From Acidocella sp. (GTDB lineage: Bacteria > Pseudomonadota > Alphaproteobacteria > Acetobacterales > Acetobacteraceae), in assembly GCF_050253495.1 (NCBI RefSeq), contig NZ_JBFWIX010000008.1, positions 63,189 through 127,188 of the forward strand: a stretch of 64,000 nucleotides of DNA, read 5' to 3'. Positions 48,860-58,029 of the stretch are shown here, one piece after another; position 1 is the first letter of the stretch, and each line of letters opens with the position of its first letter. The position numbers were made by a program, and so were the translations under genes. The notes under the pieces were generated by a model. That model was not told the DNA's origin. It ran no database searches and saw nothing but the letters and a program-made list of their open reading frames with translations.

Positions 48860-49637
48860 AGATAATGAAACAAAGGCCCGCGATAACCATGGGGATGGAG
48901 AGGATCTGCCCCATGGTGGTGCCAAAGGGCAGGAAGCCCAGAAAGGCATCCGGTTCACGGAAACACTCGCCTGTAATCCGGGCCACGCCATAGCCCAACA
49001 GAAATATGCCCGTCAGCATTCCGGACCGTTGGCGAATATTGGGAGAGCGGGCGCAGATGATCATGACGCAGAATAATAAAATGCCTTCAAGGGAGGCTTC
49101 GATCAATTCCGAAGGGTATCGAGGGAGTTGGTAGGGATCGCCAGGATAGATCATGGCCAGGGGAAAGCCGGCGGGCGCGGGACGCCCCCATAGTTCGCCA
49201 TTGATGAAATTCGCGCAGCGGCCAAGAAAAAGGCCTATGGGAACGGCCACGGCGATACGGTCGGCAAACCTCAGGGGGTGCAGCTTATGTTTCCAGCAGA
49301 AGGCCAGAATGGCGACGGTAACCCCCAGAAAGCCGCCATGGAAGCTCATGCCACCGTCCCAGACTCGTGGAATGGCCAGGGGGTGGGTAAAAAAATAACC
49401 AGGTTGATAGAACAGGACATAGCCCGTGCGGCCGCCAAGTATAACGCCGAGCACCGCCCAGGTAAGGAAATCATCCACTTGTTGGCCATTGGCGGCCACG
49501 GGAGGGCGGGTGACCATGTAGCGCACGAGGCGCCAGCCCGCGAGAAGCCCGCAAATATAGGCCAAGGCATAATAATGGATGAAGAGCGGTCCAATATAAA
49601 AGCCACGCGGGAAGACAGGAAGAATAATCGGGCTCAT
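48834..49637 (-). CDS. lgt: Prolipoprotein diacylglyceryl transferase
   Basis: Typical Lgt blocks: HYYALAY, GGRTGYVLFY, GGMSFHGG, GRCANFINGELWGRP. Confidence 0.9.
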   Translation of the reverse strand: MSPIILPVFPRGFYIGPLFIHYYALAYICGLLAGWRLVRYMVTRPPVAANGQQVDDFLTWAVLGVILGGRTGYVLFYQPGYFFTHPLAIPRVWDGGMSFHGGFLGVTVAILAFCWKHKLHPLRFADRIAVAVPIGLFLGRCANFINGELWGRPAPAGFPLAMIYPGDPYQLPRYPSELIEASLEGILLFCVMIICARSPNIRQRSGMLTGIFLLGYGVARITGECFREPDAFLGFLPFGTTMGQILSIPMVIAGLCFIIYARSKRAA

Positions 49638-50617
49638 CGGTAAGGGTCCGTTTGGCGAAGATAGGTTTGCACGTAGGCGTTCACTCCCTCTTCAAGGGAG
49701 ATGAACTGATGATTGAAACCCAGTGCCCGCAGACGCGCCATGGGGGCTTCTGTAAAGGATTGATACTGGCCGCGCAGGGTTGCGGGCATGTCAATGAATT
49801 CAATCCGCTCCGATGTGCCGTTGGCATGGCAGACAGCTCTGGCGAGGTCGGCATAAGAGCGGGCTGTTCCCGTGCCAAGGTTGAAGATTCCAGTAATATC
49901 AGGTGTGTTCATCATGAATTTCAACCCAGCGATCACATCGTCGATATAGATGAAATCCCGTTTCTGCTCACCATCGGCTAGGCCGGGCCTGTCTGACTTG
50001 AACAGTCTGGCGGGGCCGCCAGCCACGATCTCGTCATGCTTGACTTTCACGACCGAGATCATCTTGCCTTTATGGTATTCATTCGGTCCGAATACATTGA
50101 AGAATTTAACGCCAGCCCAGTTCGGAGGCGTGGGGGCATGGGTTGCGATTTGCTGTGCCACCCATAAATCGAAAGCGTGCTTACTCCAGCCGTAAAGGTT
50201 GAGGGGACGCAGTTTTTTCAGGGCGGGCAAGGACATATCGTCGTCAAACCCAGAAGAGCCGTCACCGTAGGTTGAGGCGGAGGAGGCATATATGAATCTG
50301 ACTTGGCGTTGCGCGCACCAGAGCCAGAGCTTCTGGCTGAGCGTGACATTGGTTCGCCAGACCAGATCGGCATCGGTTGCGGTGGTCTCTGAAATGGCGC
50401 CAAGATGCACAACCGTGGTCAGCCGTGTGTCATGCAGCAGGAACTCCTCAAGCTGTTCCGGAGGGATGACCTGAGACGGAGGGTGACGGAGAAGATTGCG
50501 CCATTTTGAGCCTTCATGGCCGAGCCAATCGGCGATGATGACATCCTGTCCCTCCTCGGAGAGGACTGCTTGAAGATTGGATCCGATAAATCCGGACCCG
50601 CCCGTGACCAATATCAT
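49634..50617 (-). CDS. hldD: ADP-L-glycero-D-manno-heptose 6-epimerase
   Basis: I placed the start at MILVTGGSGFIGSN. Blocks ASSASTYG and YGWSK are present. The 116-codon upstream extension in the track runs antisense to ubiK and is rejected. Confidence 0.85.
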   Translation of the reverse strand: MILVTGGSGFIGSNLQAVLSEEGQDVIIADWLGHEGSKWRNLLRHPPSQVIPPEQLEEFLLHDTRLTTVVHLGAISETTATDADLVWRTNVTLSQKLWLWCAQRQVRFIYASSASTYGDGSSGFDDDMSLPALKKLRPLNLYGWSKHAFDLWVAQQIATHAPTPPNWAGVKFFNVFGPNEYHKGKMISVVKVKHDEIVAGGPARLFKSDRPGLADGEQKRDFIYIDDVIAGLKFMMNTPDITGIFNLGTGTARSYADLARAVCHANGTSERIEFIDMPATLRGQYQSFTEAPMARLRALGFNHQFISLEEGVNAYVQTYLRQTDPYR

Positions 50618-50663
50618 GGGGGGGGTTATATGGAGAAGCAGCATAACAGAGAAGGTCTGCCGG

Positions 50664-50924
50664 ATGACTGAACGACCGAAATTTTTTGATGACCTGGCCG
50701 GTGTTGCCGGCGGAGCTGTTTCCGCGTTTGCGGGACTGAAGGAGGAGCTGGCGGCTCTGGTGAAGGCCAGGGTGGAAGAGGTGGTGCGCAAGCTGGATTT
50801 GGTGCCGCGTGAGGAGTTCGAGGCGATGGCGGAATTGGCGCGGCGCGCCAGGGAACAGGCTTGCGAGCTGGAGCAACGCGTCGCGGCCTTGGAAAAAACG
50901 GGCGCGCCGTCAAAAGAGGATTGA
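50664..50924 (+). CDS. ubiK: UbiK/YqiC-family accessory factor (coiled-coil)
   Basis: 86 aa. FFDDLAGVAGGAVSAFAGLKEE...DLVPREEFEA is the characteristic UbiK/BMFP pattern. Confidence 0.7.
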   Translation: MTERPKFFDDLAGVAGGAVSAFAGLKEELAALVKARVEEVVRKLDLVPREEFEAMAELARRAREQACELEQRVAALEKTGAPSKED

Positions 50925-51098
50925 TGGCAGGGCCGGCGGGAGTTGATGCGGGGCTGGTGAACCAATCATATATAGTAGTTTACCATGGCTTCGTTGGCTA
51001 AATGCCGGGAGTTCAAGCTTTTTTGATTGATGGGTTGCGTAACTTGCTTGACGTACAGTTAATCAGAATACAACTTTGGCTTTTAGCCGGAGCTTAGC

Positions 51099-51365
51099 AT
51101 GAAATATATTCCCTCGCCTGTTGCTTTTCCCTGTCTGACGTTTTTTGCGACGGGCAGGCACGGGCTGGGGGCTTTGGCTATATGCATGCAGGCCTCCTTG
51201 TTCCTTTGGCCTACCGCCACCCGCATGGCGAAAGAAACACGGGCAAGGGATCATATTGAGCGGCTGTTGGCTGAACTTTCGGATACCTATCACGCGGGAA
51301 AAACCGGTGAGACTAATCAGGTGTATCCGTCTGTAATTTCAAAAAAATTCCAACAACCCGCCTGA
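51099..51365 (+). CDS. Small hypothetical membrane protein
   Basis: 88-aa ORF with a hydrophobic N-terminal hairpin; I recognise no family. Coding status is uncertain. Confidence 0.3.
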   Translation: MKYIPSPVAFPCLTFFATGRHGLGALAICMQASLFLWPTATRMAKETRARDHIERLLAELSDTYHAGKTGETNQVYPSVISKKFQQPA

Positions 51366-51372
51366 ACAGGCG

Positions 51373-52029
51373 GTGATGGGGGCGGAGCCTGGAAATTTCG
51401 TCAAATCCACCACTGTCGTAAATGCTTCGTCGTTGGTGCCGGAGATTAAGCTTTACCTTGCCTCAGAGTTGACGCCTTTATGGCAGGCCACGGAAGAATT
51501 TTTGCAAATTCATGATGTTGCGCCACCTTATTGGGCGTTTGCCTGGCCTGGCTCGGAAGCTTTGGCGCGTTACATTACAGACAATCCAGAAATTGTGCGC
51601 GGAAAATCGGTTTTGGATTTTGCGGCAGGCTGTGGGCTGGCCGGCATCGCGGCGGCGAGGGCCGGGGCGGGCTGGGTTGAGGCTGCTGAAATTGATTCCC
51701 TCGCCGCTGAAGCGGTGGCGCTTAACGCGGCGTTGAATGGAGTTGATCTGTCCGTGAGGGGCGAGGATGTTGTTGGCCGCGAGGGGCGCTGGGATGTGAT
51801 TGTCGCGGGCGATATATGTTATGAGCGGCAGATGTCCGCCAGTATATTGCCTTGGCTGTGGCGGCAAGCAAAATGCAGTATCGTTCTCCTGGCTGATCCC
51901 GGTCGTAAATACAGCCCCATGTGTCCCGGAGAAAAGCTGGCGGAATATTGCGTTCCGGTAAGTTTGGAGTTGGAGGATGCGTGCGAAAAGACCGTTTCGA
52001 TTTATCAAATCTCGCCCTCGGGAATGTAA
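51373..52029 (+). CDS. Class I SAM-dependent methyltransferase, METTL20 / ETF-beta lysine methyltransferase-like
   Basis: PPYWAFAWPGSEALARY is followed by VLDFAAGCGLAGIAAA and AGDICYE. This pattern matches my recollection of METTL20-type enzymes and their alphaproteobacterial homologues. Confidence 0.6.
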   Translation: MMGAEPGNFVKSTTVVNASSLVPEIKLYLASELTPLWQATEEFLQIHDVAPPYWAFAWPGSEALARYITDNPEIVRGKSVLDFAAGCGLAGIAAARAGAGWVEAAEIDSLAAEAVALNAALNGVDLSVRGEDVVGREGRWDVIVAGDICYERQMSASILPWLWRQAKCSIVLLADPGRKYSPMCPGEKLAEYCVPVSLELEDACEKTVSIYQISPSGM

Positions 52030-52127
52030 GCAGGGCAGGGTTTCAATCCGAATCGTTGACCGGCTCTGCCGCCGGGACTAAGCACCTGCAACATAATGGC
52101 TGAAATGACCTGACAGAAAGGTTTCCC

Positions 52128-52565
52128 ATGAAGGATGTCCGCGAAGCCCTCATGATAGGGCGTAATTCCGAGGGCAAGCTTGTCCGCCGGCCGATCTCTC
52201 CTTTTATGCTCGGCAGTGCCTATCGGTTCCAAACCTCTTCGGCGACGTCCATTTTGCACCGCATCACTGGCTGTGCACTTGGGGTTGGCACGATTTTGAT
52301 GACGCTTTGGCTGGTTTGCGCCGCATCCAGCGATGGTGCTTTCTCAGTTATCCAGGCTTTCTTTGCGTCCTGGATCGGGATGTTGGTCCTGTTTGGATTC
52401 ACGGTGGCGCTCTTTTATCATTTTTGTAATGGTGTCAGACACTTGTCGTGGGATGCTGGCAAGGGCTTTGAGCTTCCAGACATGCATCGCAGCGGTAAGC
52501 TGGCATTCGCGGCGACGATCGTGCTGACCGTCGTTTTCTGGGTCATCGCTTTTCTGGTGTGGTGA
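52128..52565 (+). CDS. sdhC: Succinate dehydrogenase cytochrome b556 subunit
   Basis: RPISPF-type N-terminal motif, three TM helices, and first position in the sdhCDAB order. Confidence 0.85.
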   Translation: MKDVREALMIGRNSEGKLVRRPISPFMLGSAYRFQTSSATSILHRITGCALGVGTILMTLWLVCAASSDGAFSVIQAFFASWIGMLVLFGFTVALFYHFCNGVRHLSWDAGKGFELPDMHRSGKLAFAATIVLTVVFWVIAFLVW

Positions 52566-52978
52566 GAGAGATGAGCATGCAAGATAAAACACCTTCGATC
52601 ACCATGCGCCGTAGCGCTCTCAGCCGCGCGCGTGGTCTAGGTTCGGCAAAATCCGGGGCGGCTCACTGGTGGGCGGAACGCATGACCGCTGCCGCCCTGC
52701 TGCCGTTGTCTCTTTATTTCGTGGTGTCGGTCATTATTCTGCTTGGCGCGGACCGTGCTCACATGGCCGCCTATATGGCCGAGCCGTGGAACAGCGCGCT
52801 GTTTCTCGCGCTGATCGTCATCATGTTTTACCACCTTTCCATGGGGGTGCAGGTGGTGATCGAGGACTATGTGCCAAATGAAGCCAAACGCCTGCTTGCC
52901 CTGCTTGTGGTCAAGGGTGTGATTATCTTCCTGGCGCTGGCATCCGCTGTTTCCGTCCTCAAACTCGCTTTCTCCTGA
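52559..52978 (+). CDS. sdhD: Succinate dehydrogenase hydrophobic membrane anchor subunit
   Basis: Block GAAHWWAERMTA, three TM helices, and position between sdhC and sdhA. The start could be one of the Met codons a few codons downstream. Confidence 0.8.
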   Translation: MVREMSMQDKTPSITMRRSALSRARGLGSAKSGAAHWWAERMTAAALLPLSLYFVVSVIILLGADRAHMAAYMAEPWNSALFLALIVIMFYHLSMGVQVVIEDYVPNEAKRLLALLVVKGVIIFLALASAVSVLKLAFS

Positions 52979-52990
52979 ACGAGGGGCCCA

Positions 52991-54802
52991 ATGAACGCGA
53001 TCTCCAAGCCCTCCAACGGGGCCTATAATATTATTGACCATACTTATGATGTGGTTGTGGTTGGCGCGGGCGGTTCCGGTCTGCGCGCTACTTTGGGCAT
53101 GGTGGCTGCTGGTCTAAAGACCGCTTGCATCACTAAGGTGTTCCCCACCCGCTCTCATACAGTGGCGGCGCAAGGTGGCATTGGTGCCTCGCTCGGCAAT
53201 ATGGGAGAGGATAACTGGCGCTGGCACATGTATGACACCGTGAAGGGGTCTGACTGGCTCGGTGACCAGGACGCCATCGAGTATATGTGCCGTGAGGCGG
53301 TTCCGGCGATTTACGAGTTGGAGCATTTCGGTGTGCCCTTCTCCCGCACCGAGGACGGCAAGATCTATCAGCGCCCCTTCGGCGGCCATATGAAGGAATA
53401 TGGCAAGGAGCCGGCACAGCGCGCCTGCGCCGCCGCCGACCGCACCGGCCATGCCATTCTGCACACTCTTTATCAGCAATGTCTGAAGCACGATGCGGAG
53501 TTCTTCGTTGAGTATTTCGCCCTTGATCTGATCATGGACGAGGACGGCGCGTGCCGTGGCGTAATGGCCTGGTGCCTGGAAGATGGCACGATCCATCGTT
53601 TCCGCGCGCAGATGGTGGTGCTGGCCACCGGCGGTTATGGTCGCGCCTATCTCTCTTGCACCTCCGCCCATACCTGCACGGGCGATGGCGGCGGCATGGT
53701 GATCCGTGCCGGTCTTCCGGTTCAGGACATGGAATTCGTGCAGTTCCATCCGACGGGTATTTTTCCCGCAGGCTGTCTCATTACCGAGGGAGCGCGCGGC
53801 GAAGGCGGTTATCTGACCAACGCCGAGGGCGAGCGCTTCATGGAGCGTTATGCGCCAACGGCGAAGGATCTGGCTTCCCGCGACGTGGTTTCCCGTTCGA
53901 TGACGATCGAGATTAACGAGGGACGTGGCGTTGGAGTGCATAAGGATCACATCCTGCTGCATCTTGAGCATTTGGGTGCTGATATTCTGCATGAACGTCT
54001 GCCTGGCATTTCCGAGACCGCGCGTGTGTTCGCCGGTGTGGATGTGACCAAGGAGCCGATCCCGGTTTTGCCGACCGTGCATTATAATATGGGTGGTATT
54101 CCGACAAATTATCACGCGGAAGTGCTGCGTCCGACGGCCGAGAGCCCGGATGCCGTGGTGCCCGGCTTGATGGCTGTGGGTGAGGCGGCGTGTGTTTCCG
54201 TGCATGGCGCCAACCGTTTGGGTACTAACTCGCTGCTCGATCTGGTGGTGTTCGGCCGCGCGGCCGCGCACCGCGCCGCTGAGGTCGTGAAGCCTGGGGC
54301 TACTCAGGCACCGTTGCCCGCTGGGGCCGGCGAGGCGTCTCTCGGGCGTTTCGATGCGACGCGCCATGCGAAGGGCGCCACCAGGGTGGCCGAATTGCGC
54401 GACCAGTTGCAGCGGACGATGCAGAGTCATGCGGCGGTGTTCCGTAATTCCAAATCCCTCACCGAGGGGGTGCAGAAGATGGAGAAGATTTGGGGGGGGC
54501 TAGGGGACATTCACGTCACCGACCAGTCCCTGATCTGGAACTCAGATCTCATGGAAGCGCTGGAGTTGCAGAACCTCATGGGCAATGCCGTTGCCACGAT
54601 GGTTGGTGCCGAAGCCCGCAAGGAAAGCCGCGGTGCGCAGGCGCATGACGATTATCCTGAGCGCGATGACCATGAATGGATGAAGCATACGGTTGCTCAG
54701 GTTTCCGAGACAGGTGAAGTTGCCTTGAGCTACCGCCCGGTGAAGATGCAGACCCTCACCAATGAGGTTTCCGTCTTCCCGCCGAAGAAACGCGTTTACT
54801 AA
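52991..54802 (+). CDS. sdhA: Succinate dehydrogenase flavoprotein subunit
   Basis: [13 protein letters not shown], the FAD-linking [13 protein letters not shown], and [17 protein letters not shown]. Confidence 0.95.
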   Translation: MNAISKPSNGAYNIIDHTYDVVVVGAGGSGLRATLGMVAAGLKTACITKVFPTRSHTVAAQGGIGASLGNMGEDNWRWHMYDTVKGSDWLGDQDAIEYMCREAVPAIYELEHFGVPFSRTEDGKIYQRPFGGHMKEYGKEPAQRACAAADRTGHAILHTLYQQCLKHDAEFFVEYFALDLIMDEDGACRGVMAWCLEDGTIHRFRAQMVVLATGGYGRAYLSCTSAHTCTGDGGGMVIRAGLPVQDMEFVQFHPTGIFPAGCLITEGARGEGGYLTNAEGERFMERYAPTAKDLASRDVVSRSMTIEINEGRGVGVHKDHILLHLEHLGADILHERLPGISETARVFAGVDVTKEPIPVLPTVHYNMGGIPTNYHAEVLRPTAESPDAVVPGLMAVGEAACVSVHGANRLGTNSLLDLVVFGRAAAHRAAEVVKPGATQAPLPAGAGEASLGRFDATRHAKGATRVAELRDQLQRTMQSHAAVFRNSKSLTEGVQKMEKIWGGLGDIHVTDQSLIWNSDLMEALELQNLMGNAVATMVGAEARKESRGAQAHDDYPERDDHEWMKHTVAQVSETGEVALSYRPVKMQTLTNEVSVFPPKKRVY

Positions 54803-54817
54803 GGAAGGGGCTGGAAC

Positions 54818-55600
54818 ATGGCTGAATTTTCGCTTCCTGAGAATTCCAAGATTGGCGAAGGTAAGACCTATAAGGCCGAAGCGGGCGCCAAGCGTGTGAA
54901 GTCGTTCAAGGTCTATCGCTGGAACCCGGATGACGGGAAAAACCCGGTGATGGACACTTATGAGGTGGATCTGGATAAATGCGGACCGATGGTTCTTGAC
55001 GCGATTATCAAGATCAAGAACGAGATCGACAGTTCGCTGACTTTCCGCCGCTCTTGCCGTGAAGGTATTTGCGGCTCCTGCGCGATGAATATTGATGGCA
55101 CCAACACCTTGGCTTGCTTGAAGCCGATCGCTGAGGTGCAGGGCGACGTGAAAATTACCCCGTTGCCGCATATGCCCGTGGTGAAGGATCTGGTGCCGGA
55201 TCTTTCCCAGCCTTACGCGCAGTTGCGCTCCATTGAACCTTGGATGCAGTCAGAGACTCAGGCGCCGCCGGACGGGGAACGTTTGCAATCCAAGGAAGAG
55301 CGGGCTGAGCTGGATGGTTTGTGGGAGTGTATTCTGTGCTTCTGCTGCTCGACTTCATGCCCCAGCTATTGGTGGAATGGTGATCGTTACCTTGGTCCGG
55401 CCGTGCTATTGCAGGCCTATCGCTGGATTGCGGATTCTCGTGACGAAGCCACGGGCAAAAGGTTGGATGCGCTAGAGGATCCGTTCAAACTGTATCGATG
55501 CCACACGATCATGAACTGTACTCAGACCTGTCCCAAGGGGCTTAACCCGGCCAAGGCGATTGGCAAGGTCAAGCAATTGATGCTTGAGCGGCAAGGTTAA
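54818..55600 (+). CDS. sdhB: Succinate dehydrogenase iron-sulfur subunit
   Basis: Cys clusters [23 protein letters not shown] and [15 protein letters not shown]. Confidence 0.95.
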   Translation: MAEFSLPENSKIGEGKTYKAEAGAKRVKSFKVYRWNPDDGKNPVMDTYEVDLDKCGPMVLDAIIKIKNEIDSSLTFRRSCREGICGSCAMNIDGTNTLACLKPIAEVQGDVKITPLPHMPVVKDLVPDLSQPYAQLRSIEPWMQSETQAPPDGERLQSKEERAELDGLWECILCFCCSTSCPSYWWNGDRYLGPAVLLQAYRWIADSRDEATGKRLDALEDPFKLYRCHTIMNCTQTCPKGLNPAKAIGKVKQLMLERQG

Positions 55601-55614
55601 GACATTCTTGTAGT

Positions 55615-55639
55615 AAAAAGGGCCCTGGGGCCCTTTTTT
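55615..55639 (+). terminator. Intrinsic terminator after sdhB
   Basis: aaaaAGGGCC-ctgg-GGCCCTttttt, located 15 nt after the sdhB stop. The A-run/T-run flanks could allow bidirectional function. Confidence 0.8.
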
Positions 55640-55657
55640 GTTTGTGGTTTGATCGGT

Positions 55658-55699
55658 TTAATCGATTAAAAATTCATATAAAATCAATTTCCTTGATTT
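55658..55699. promoter_or_regulatory. AT-rich dyad cluster upstream of ahpC (TTAATCGATTAA and AAATCAA-N5-TTGATTT), a candidate OxyR/promoter region
   Basis: Both dyads were read directly from the sequence. They lie 60-100 nt upstream of the ahpC ATG. Assignment to OxyR is inference only. Confidence 0.35.
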
Positions 55700-55757
55700 T
55701 CAGAAAAGGGTTACATAACTCCTCGTTGCGAACCAGCACACACGAAGGAGCTAGTTT

Positions 55758-56321
55758 ATGTCCTTGATCAATACCGAAGTGAAGCCTTTTACGGCTCAGG
55801 CTTTCCAAAACGGCAAGTTTATCACCGTGACCGAAGGCGATCTGAAGGGTAAGTGGTCCGTGGTCTTTTTCTACCCGGCCGATTTTACGTTTGTTTGTCC
55901 GACTGAGTTGGAAGATCTCGCTGAAAATTATGCCGAGTTCAAAAAGCTCGGAGCGGAGATTTATTCTGTGTCGACCGACACGCATTTCTCCCACAAGGCG
56001 TGGCACGATACCTCGGACGCGATCAAGAAGATCGAATATGTCATGGTCGGCGACCCGACCCATGTCGTTGCCCGCAATTTTGAGGTGCTGATCGAAGATG
56101 CCGGTCTGGCCGACCGCGGAACATTCGTCATCGATCCGGAAGGCAAGATTCAGATCATTGAGGTCAATGCCGGCGGCGTGGGACGCGATGCCAAGGAACT
56201 GCTCCGTAAGGTGAAGGCAGCCCAGTATGTCGCGGCTCATCCCGGTGAGGTATGCCCGGCCAAGTGGAAGGAAGGCGAAAAAACGCTTGCGCCGTCCCTC
56301 GATCTGGTCGGCAAAATCTAA
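55758..56321 (+). CDS. ahpC: Alkyl hydroperoxide reductase C (2-Cys peroxiredoxin)
   Basis: [15 protein letters not shown] (peroxidatic Cys) and the C-terminal EVCPAKW (resolving Cys). Confidence 0.95.
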   Translation: MSLINTEVKPFTAQAFQNGKFITVTEGDLKGKWSVVFFYPADFTFVCPTELEDLAENYAEFKKLGAEIYSVSTDTHFSHKAWHDTSDAIKKIEYVMVGDPTHVVARNFEVLIEDAGLADRGTFVIDPEGKIQIIEVNAGGVGRDAKELLRKVKAAQYVAAHPGEVCPAKWKEGEKTLAPSLDLVGKI

Positions 56322-56331
56322 TTCAATGAAC

Positions 56332-56357
56332 GCTTCCGCTGGGATCCCAGCGGAAGC
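56332..56357. promoter_or_regulatory. Perfect 26-bp palindrome (13+13) between ahpC and ahpF, giving an intercistronic stem-loop
   Basis: GCTTCCGCTGGGA|TCCCAGCGGAAGC, read directly from the sequence. No U-tract follows it. Confidence 0.6.
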
Positions 56358-56435
56358 ACATGAAACACTGTTATTGCCATGGGCCCGCATTGGCCCGGCT
56401 GGCGGTGGTGTTACTTCAGATCAAACGGAGCCGTT

Positions 56436-58013
56436 ATGCTAGATGACAGCTTGAAAGGCCAGTTGAAGGCCTACCTTGCCCGTATCGCCGAACCGATCGA
56501 ACTGGTGGCGAGCCTTGATAACGGCCCGCTTTCCCAGGAGATGCATGGTCTTCTGAACGATATTGCCGCGCAGAGCGATCAAATCACCGTGCGTTTGGAT
56601 GGAAACGGCGAACGTGTTCCGTCCTTTGAAATTCGCCGTTCAGGTGCGGCGCGTGGTGTGTGTTTCGCGGGCCTGCCAATGGGGCACGAGTTTACATCCT
56701 TGGTGCTGGCCCTGCTGCAAACAGGTGGATATCCGCCAAAGGTCGCGCCGGAGATCGTTGAGCAGATCAAGGGGATTGAAGGTCAATTTCATTTTGTGAC
56801 CTATTTCTCTCAATCGTGCCAGAATTGCCCGGATGTCGTGCAGGCGCTGAACCTGCTGGCGATTTTGAATCCGAATATCACGCACGCTGCGGTCGATGGA
56901 GCGGCTTTCCAGGCCGAGGTCGAGGCGCAAAAAATAATGGCTGTCCCGACAGTTTTGTTGAATGGTCAGGCTTTTGGCCAGGGGCGGATGGATATTGAGC
57001 AGATTATCGCCAAGATCGATACGGGCGCGGTGGAGCGCGAAGCAGCCAAATTGTCGGCCAAGGAACCGTTCGATGTACTGGTGGTCGGTGCTGGGCCAGC
57101 TGGTGCCGCCGCGGCGATTTATGCCGCGCGTAAGGGGATTCGCACAGGTATTGTGGCTGAACGTTTTGGCGGTCAGGTTTTGGATACGCTTGGAATCGAG
57201 AATTTTATTTCCGTTCCTCATACCGAGGGGCCCAAATTCGCGGCGGCGTTAGAACAGCACACGCGTGAATATGGTGTGGACATCATGAAGGCCCAGACGG
57301 CCGAAGCGATTCTTCCGCCCGCGCATAAAAGCGGCATATATGAGGTGAAGCTCGCAGGGGGAGGTGTCTTGAAATCCAAGACGTTGATCCTGTCGCCGGG
57401 GGCGCGTTGGAGGACGATGAACGTTCCCGGTGAAGCGGAATATCGCAATAAAGGGGTCGCCTACTGTCCGCATTGCGATGGTCCGCTCTTCAAGGGCAAA
57501 CGCGTTGCCGTGATCGGCGGGGGGAATTCCGGTGTTGAAGCGGCCATCGATTTGGCCGGGATTGTGTCTCACGTTACGTTGATCGAATTTGACAGCCAGT
57601 TGCGCGCCGATGCTGTTTTGCAAGCTAAGCTCAGAAGCCTGCCGAATACCCAAATGATCGTCTCCGCCAAGACGACTGAGGTGCATGGGGATGGTGAGAA
57701 GGTAATTGGGCTATCCTATGAGGATCGTATCTCCGGAGAGATTCATCGTTTGGCCTTGGATGGCATATTCGTACAGATCGGGCTGGTCCCTAACAGTGAA
57801 TGGTTGAAGGGCGTGTTGGCGCTGAGCCCGCGCGGGGAAATCGAGATCGACGCACGGGGTGAGACCTCTTTAGCGGGGGTGTTCGCCGCGGGGGATGCGA
57901 CCACAGTCCCGTATAAGCAGATCATTATTGCCGCTGGAGATGGAGCGAAGGCAGCGCTTTCAGCGTTCGATTATTTGATTCGCATGGCGCCAGCAGAGGC
58001 TGAGGCGGCCTGA
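56436..58013 (+). CDS. ahpF: Alkyl hydroperoxide reductase subunit F
   Basis: I placed the start at [11 protein letters not shown]. CxxC motifs SQSCQNCPD and AYCPHCDG; FAD/NAD sites [12 protein letters not shown] and VIGGGNSG. Confidence 0.95.
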   Translation: MLDDSLKGQLKAYLARIAEPIELVASLDNGPLSQEMHGLLNDIAAQSDQITVRLDGNGERVPSFEIRRSGAARGVCFAGLPMGHEFTSLVLALLQTGGYPPKVAPEIVEQIKGIEGQFHFVTYFSQSCQNCPDVVQALNLLAILNPNITHAAVDGAAFQAEVEAQKIMAVPTVLLNGQAFGQGRMDIEQIIAKIDTGAVEREAAKLSAKEPFDVLVVGAGPAGAAAAIYAARKGIRTGIVAERFGGQVLDTLGIENFISVPHTEGPKFAAALEQHTREYGVDIMKAQTAEAILPPAHKSGIYEVKLAGGGVLKSKTLILSPGARWRTMNVPGEAEYRNKGVAYCPHCDGPLFKGKRVAVIGGGNSGVEAAIDLAGIVSHVTLIEFDSQLRADAVLQAKLRSLPNTQMIVSAKTTEVHGDGEKVIGLSYEDRISGEIHRLALDGIFVQIGLVPNSEWLKGVLALSPRGEIEIDARGETSLAGVFAAGDATTVPYKQIIIAAGDGAKAALSAFDYLIRMAPAEAEAA

Positions 58014-58029
58014 AGCGGAGTATAAGGGC

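Noticed and set aside
53114-54430. Very long antisense ORFs: 53114-54430(-) inside sdhA, 1120-2310(-), 4841-5836(-), 7386-8114(-), 24538-25422(-), 41308-42417(-), 43934-44680(+) and 55674-56390(-).
   Set aside because: Each lies opposite a gene with unmistakable family motifs. Their translations are Arg/Pro/Gly/His-rich low-complexity strings, typical of shadow frames in high-GC DNA.
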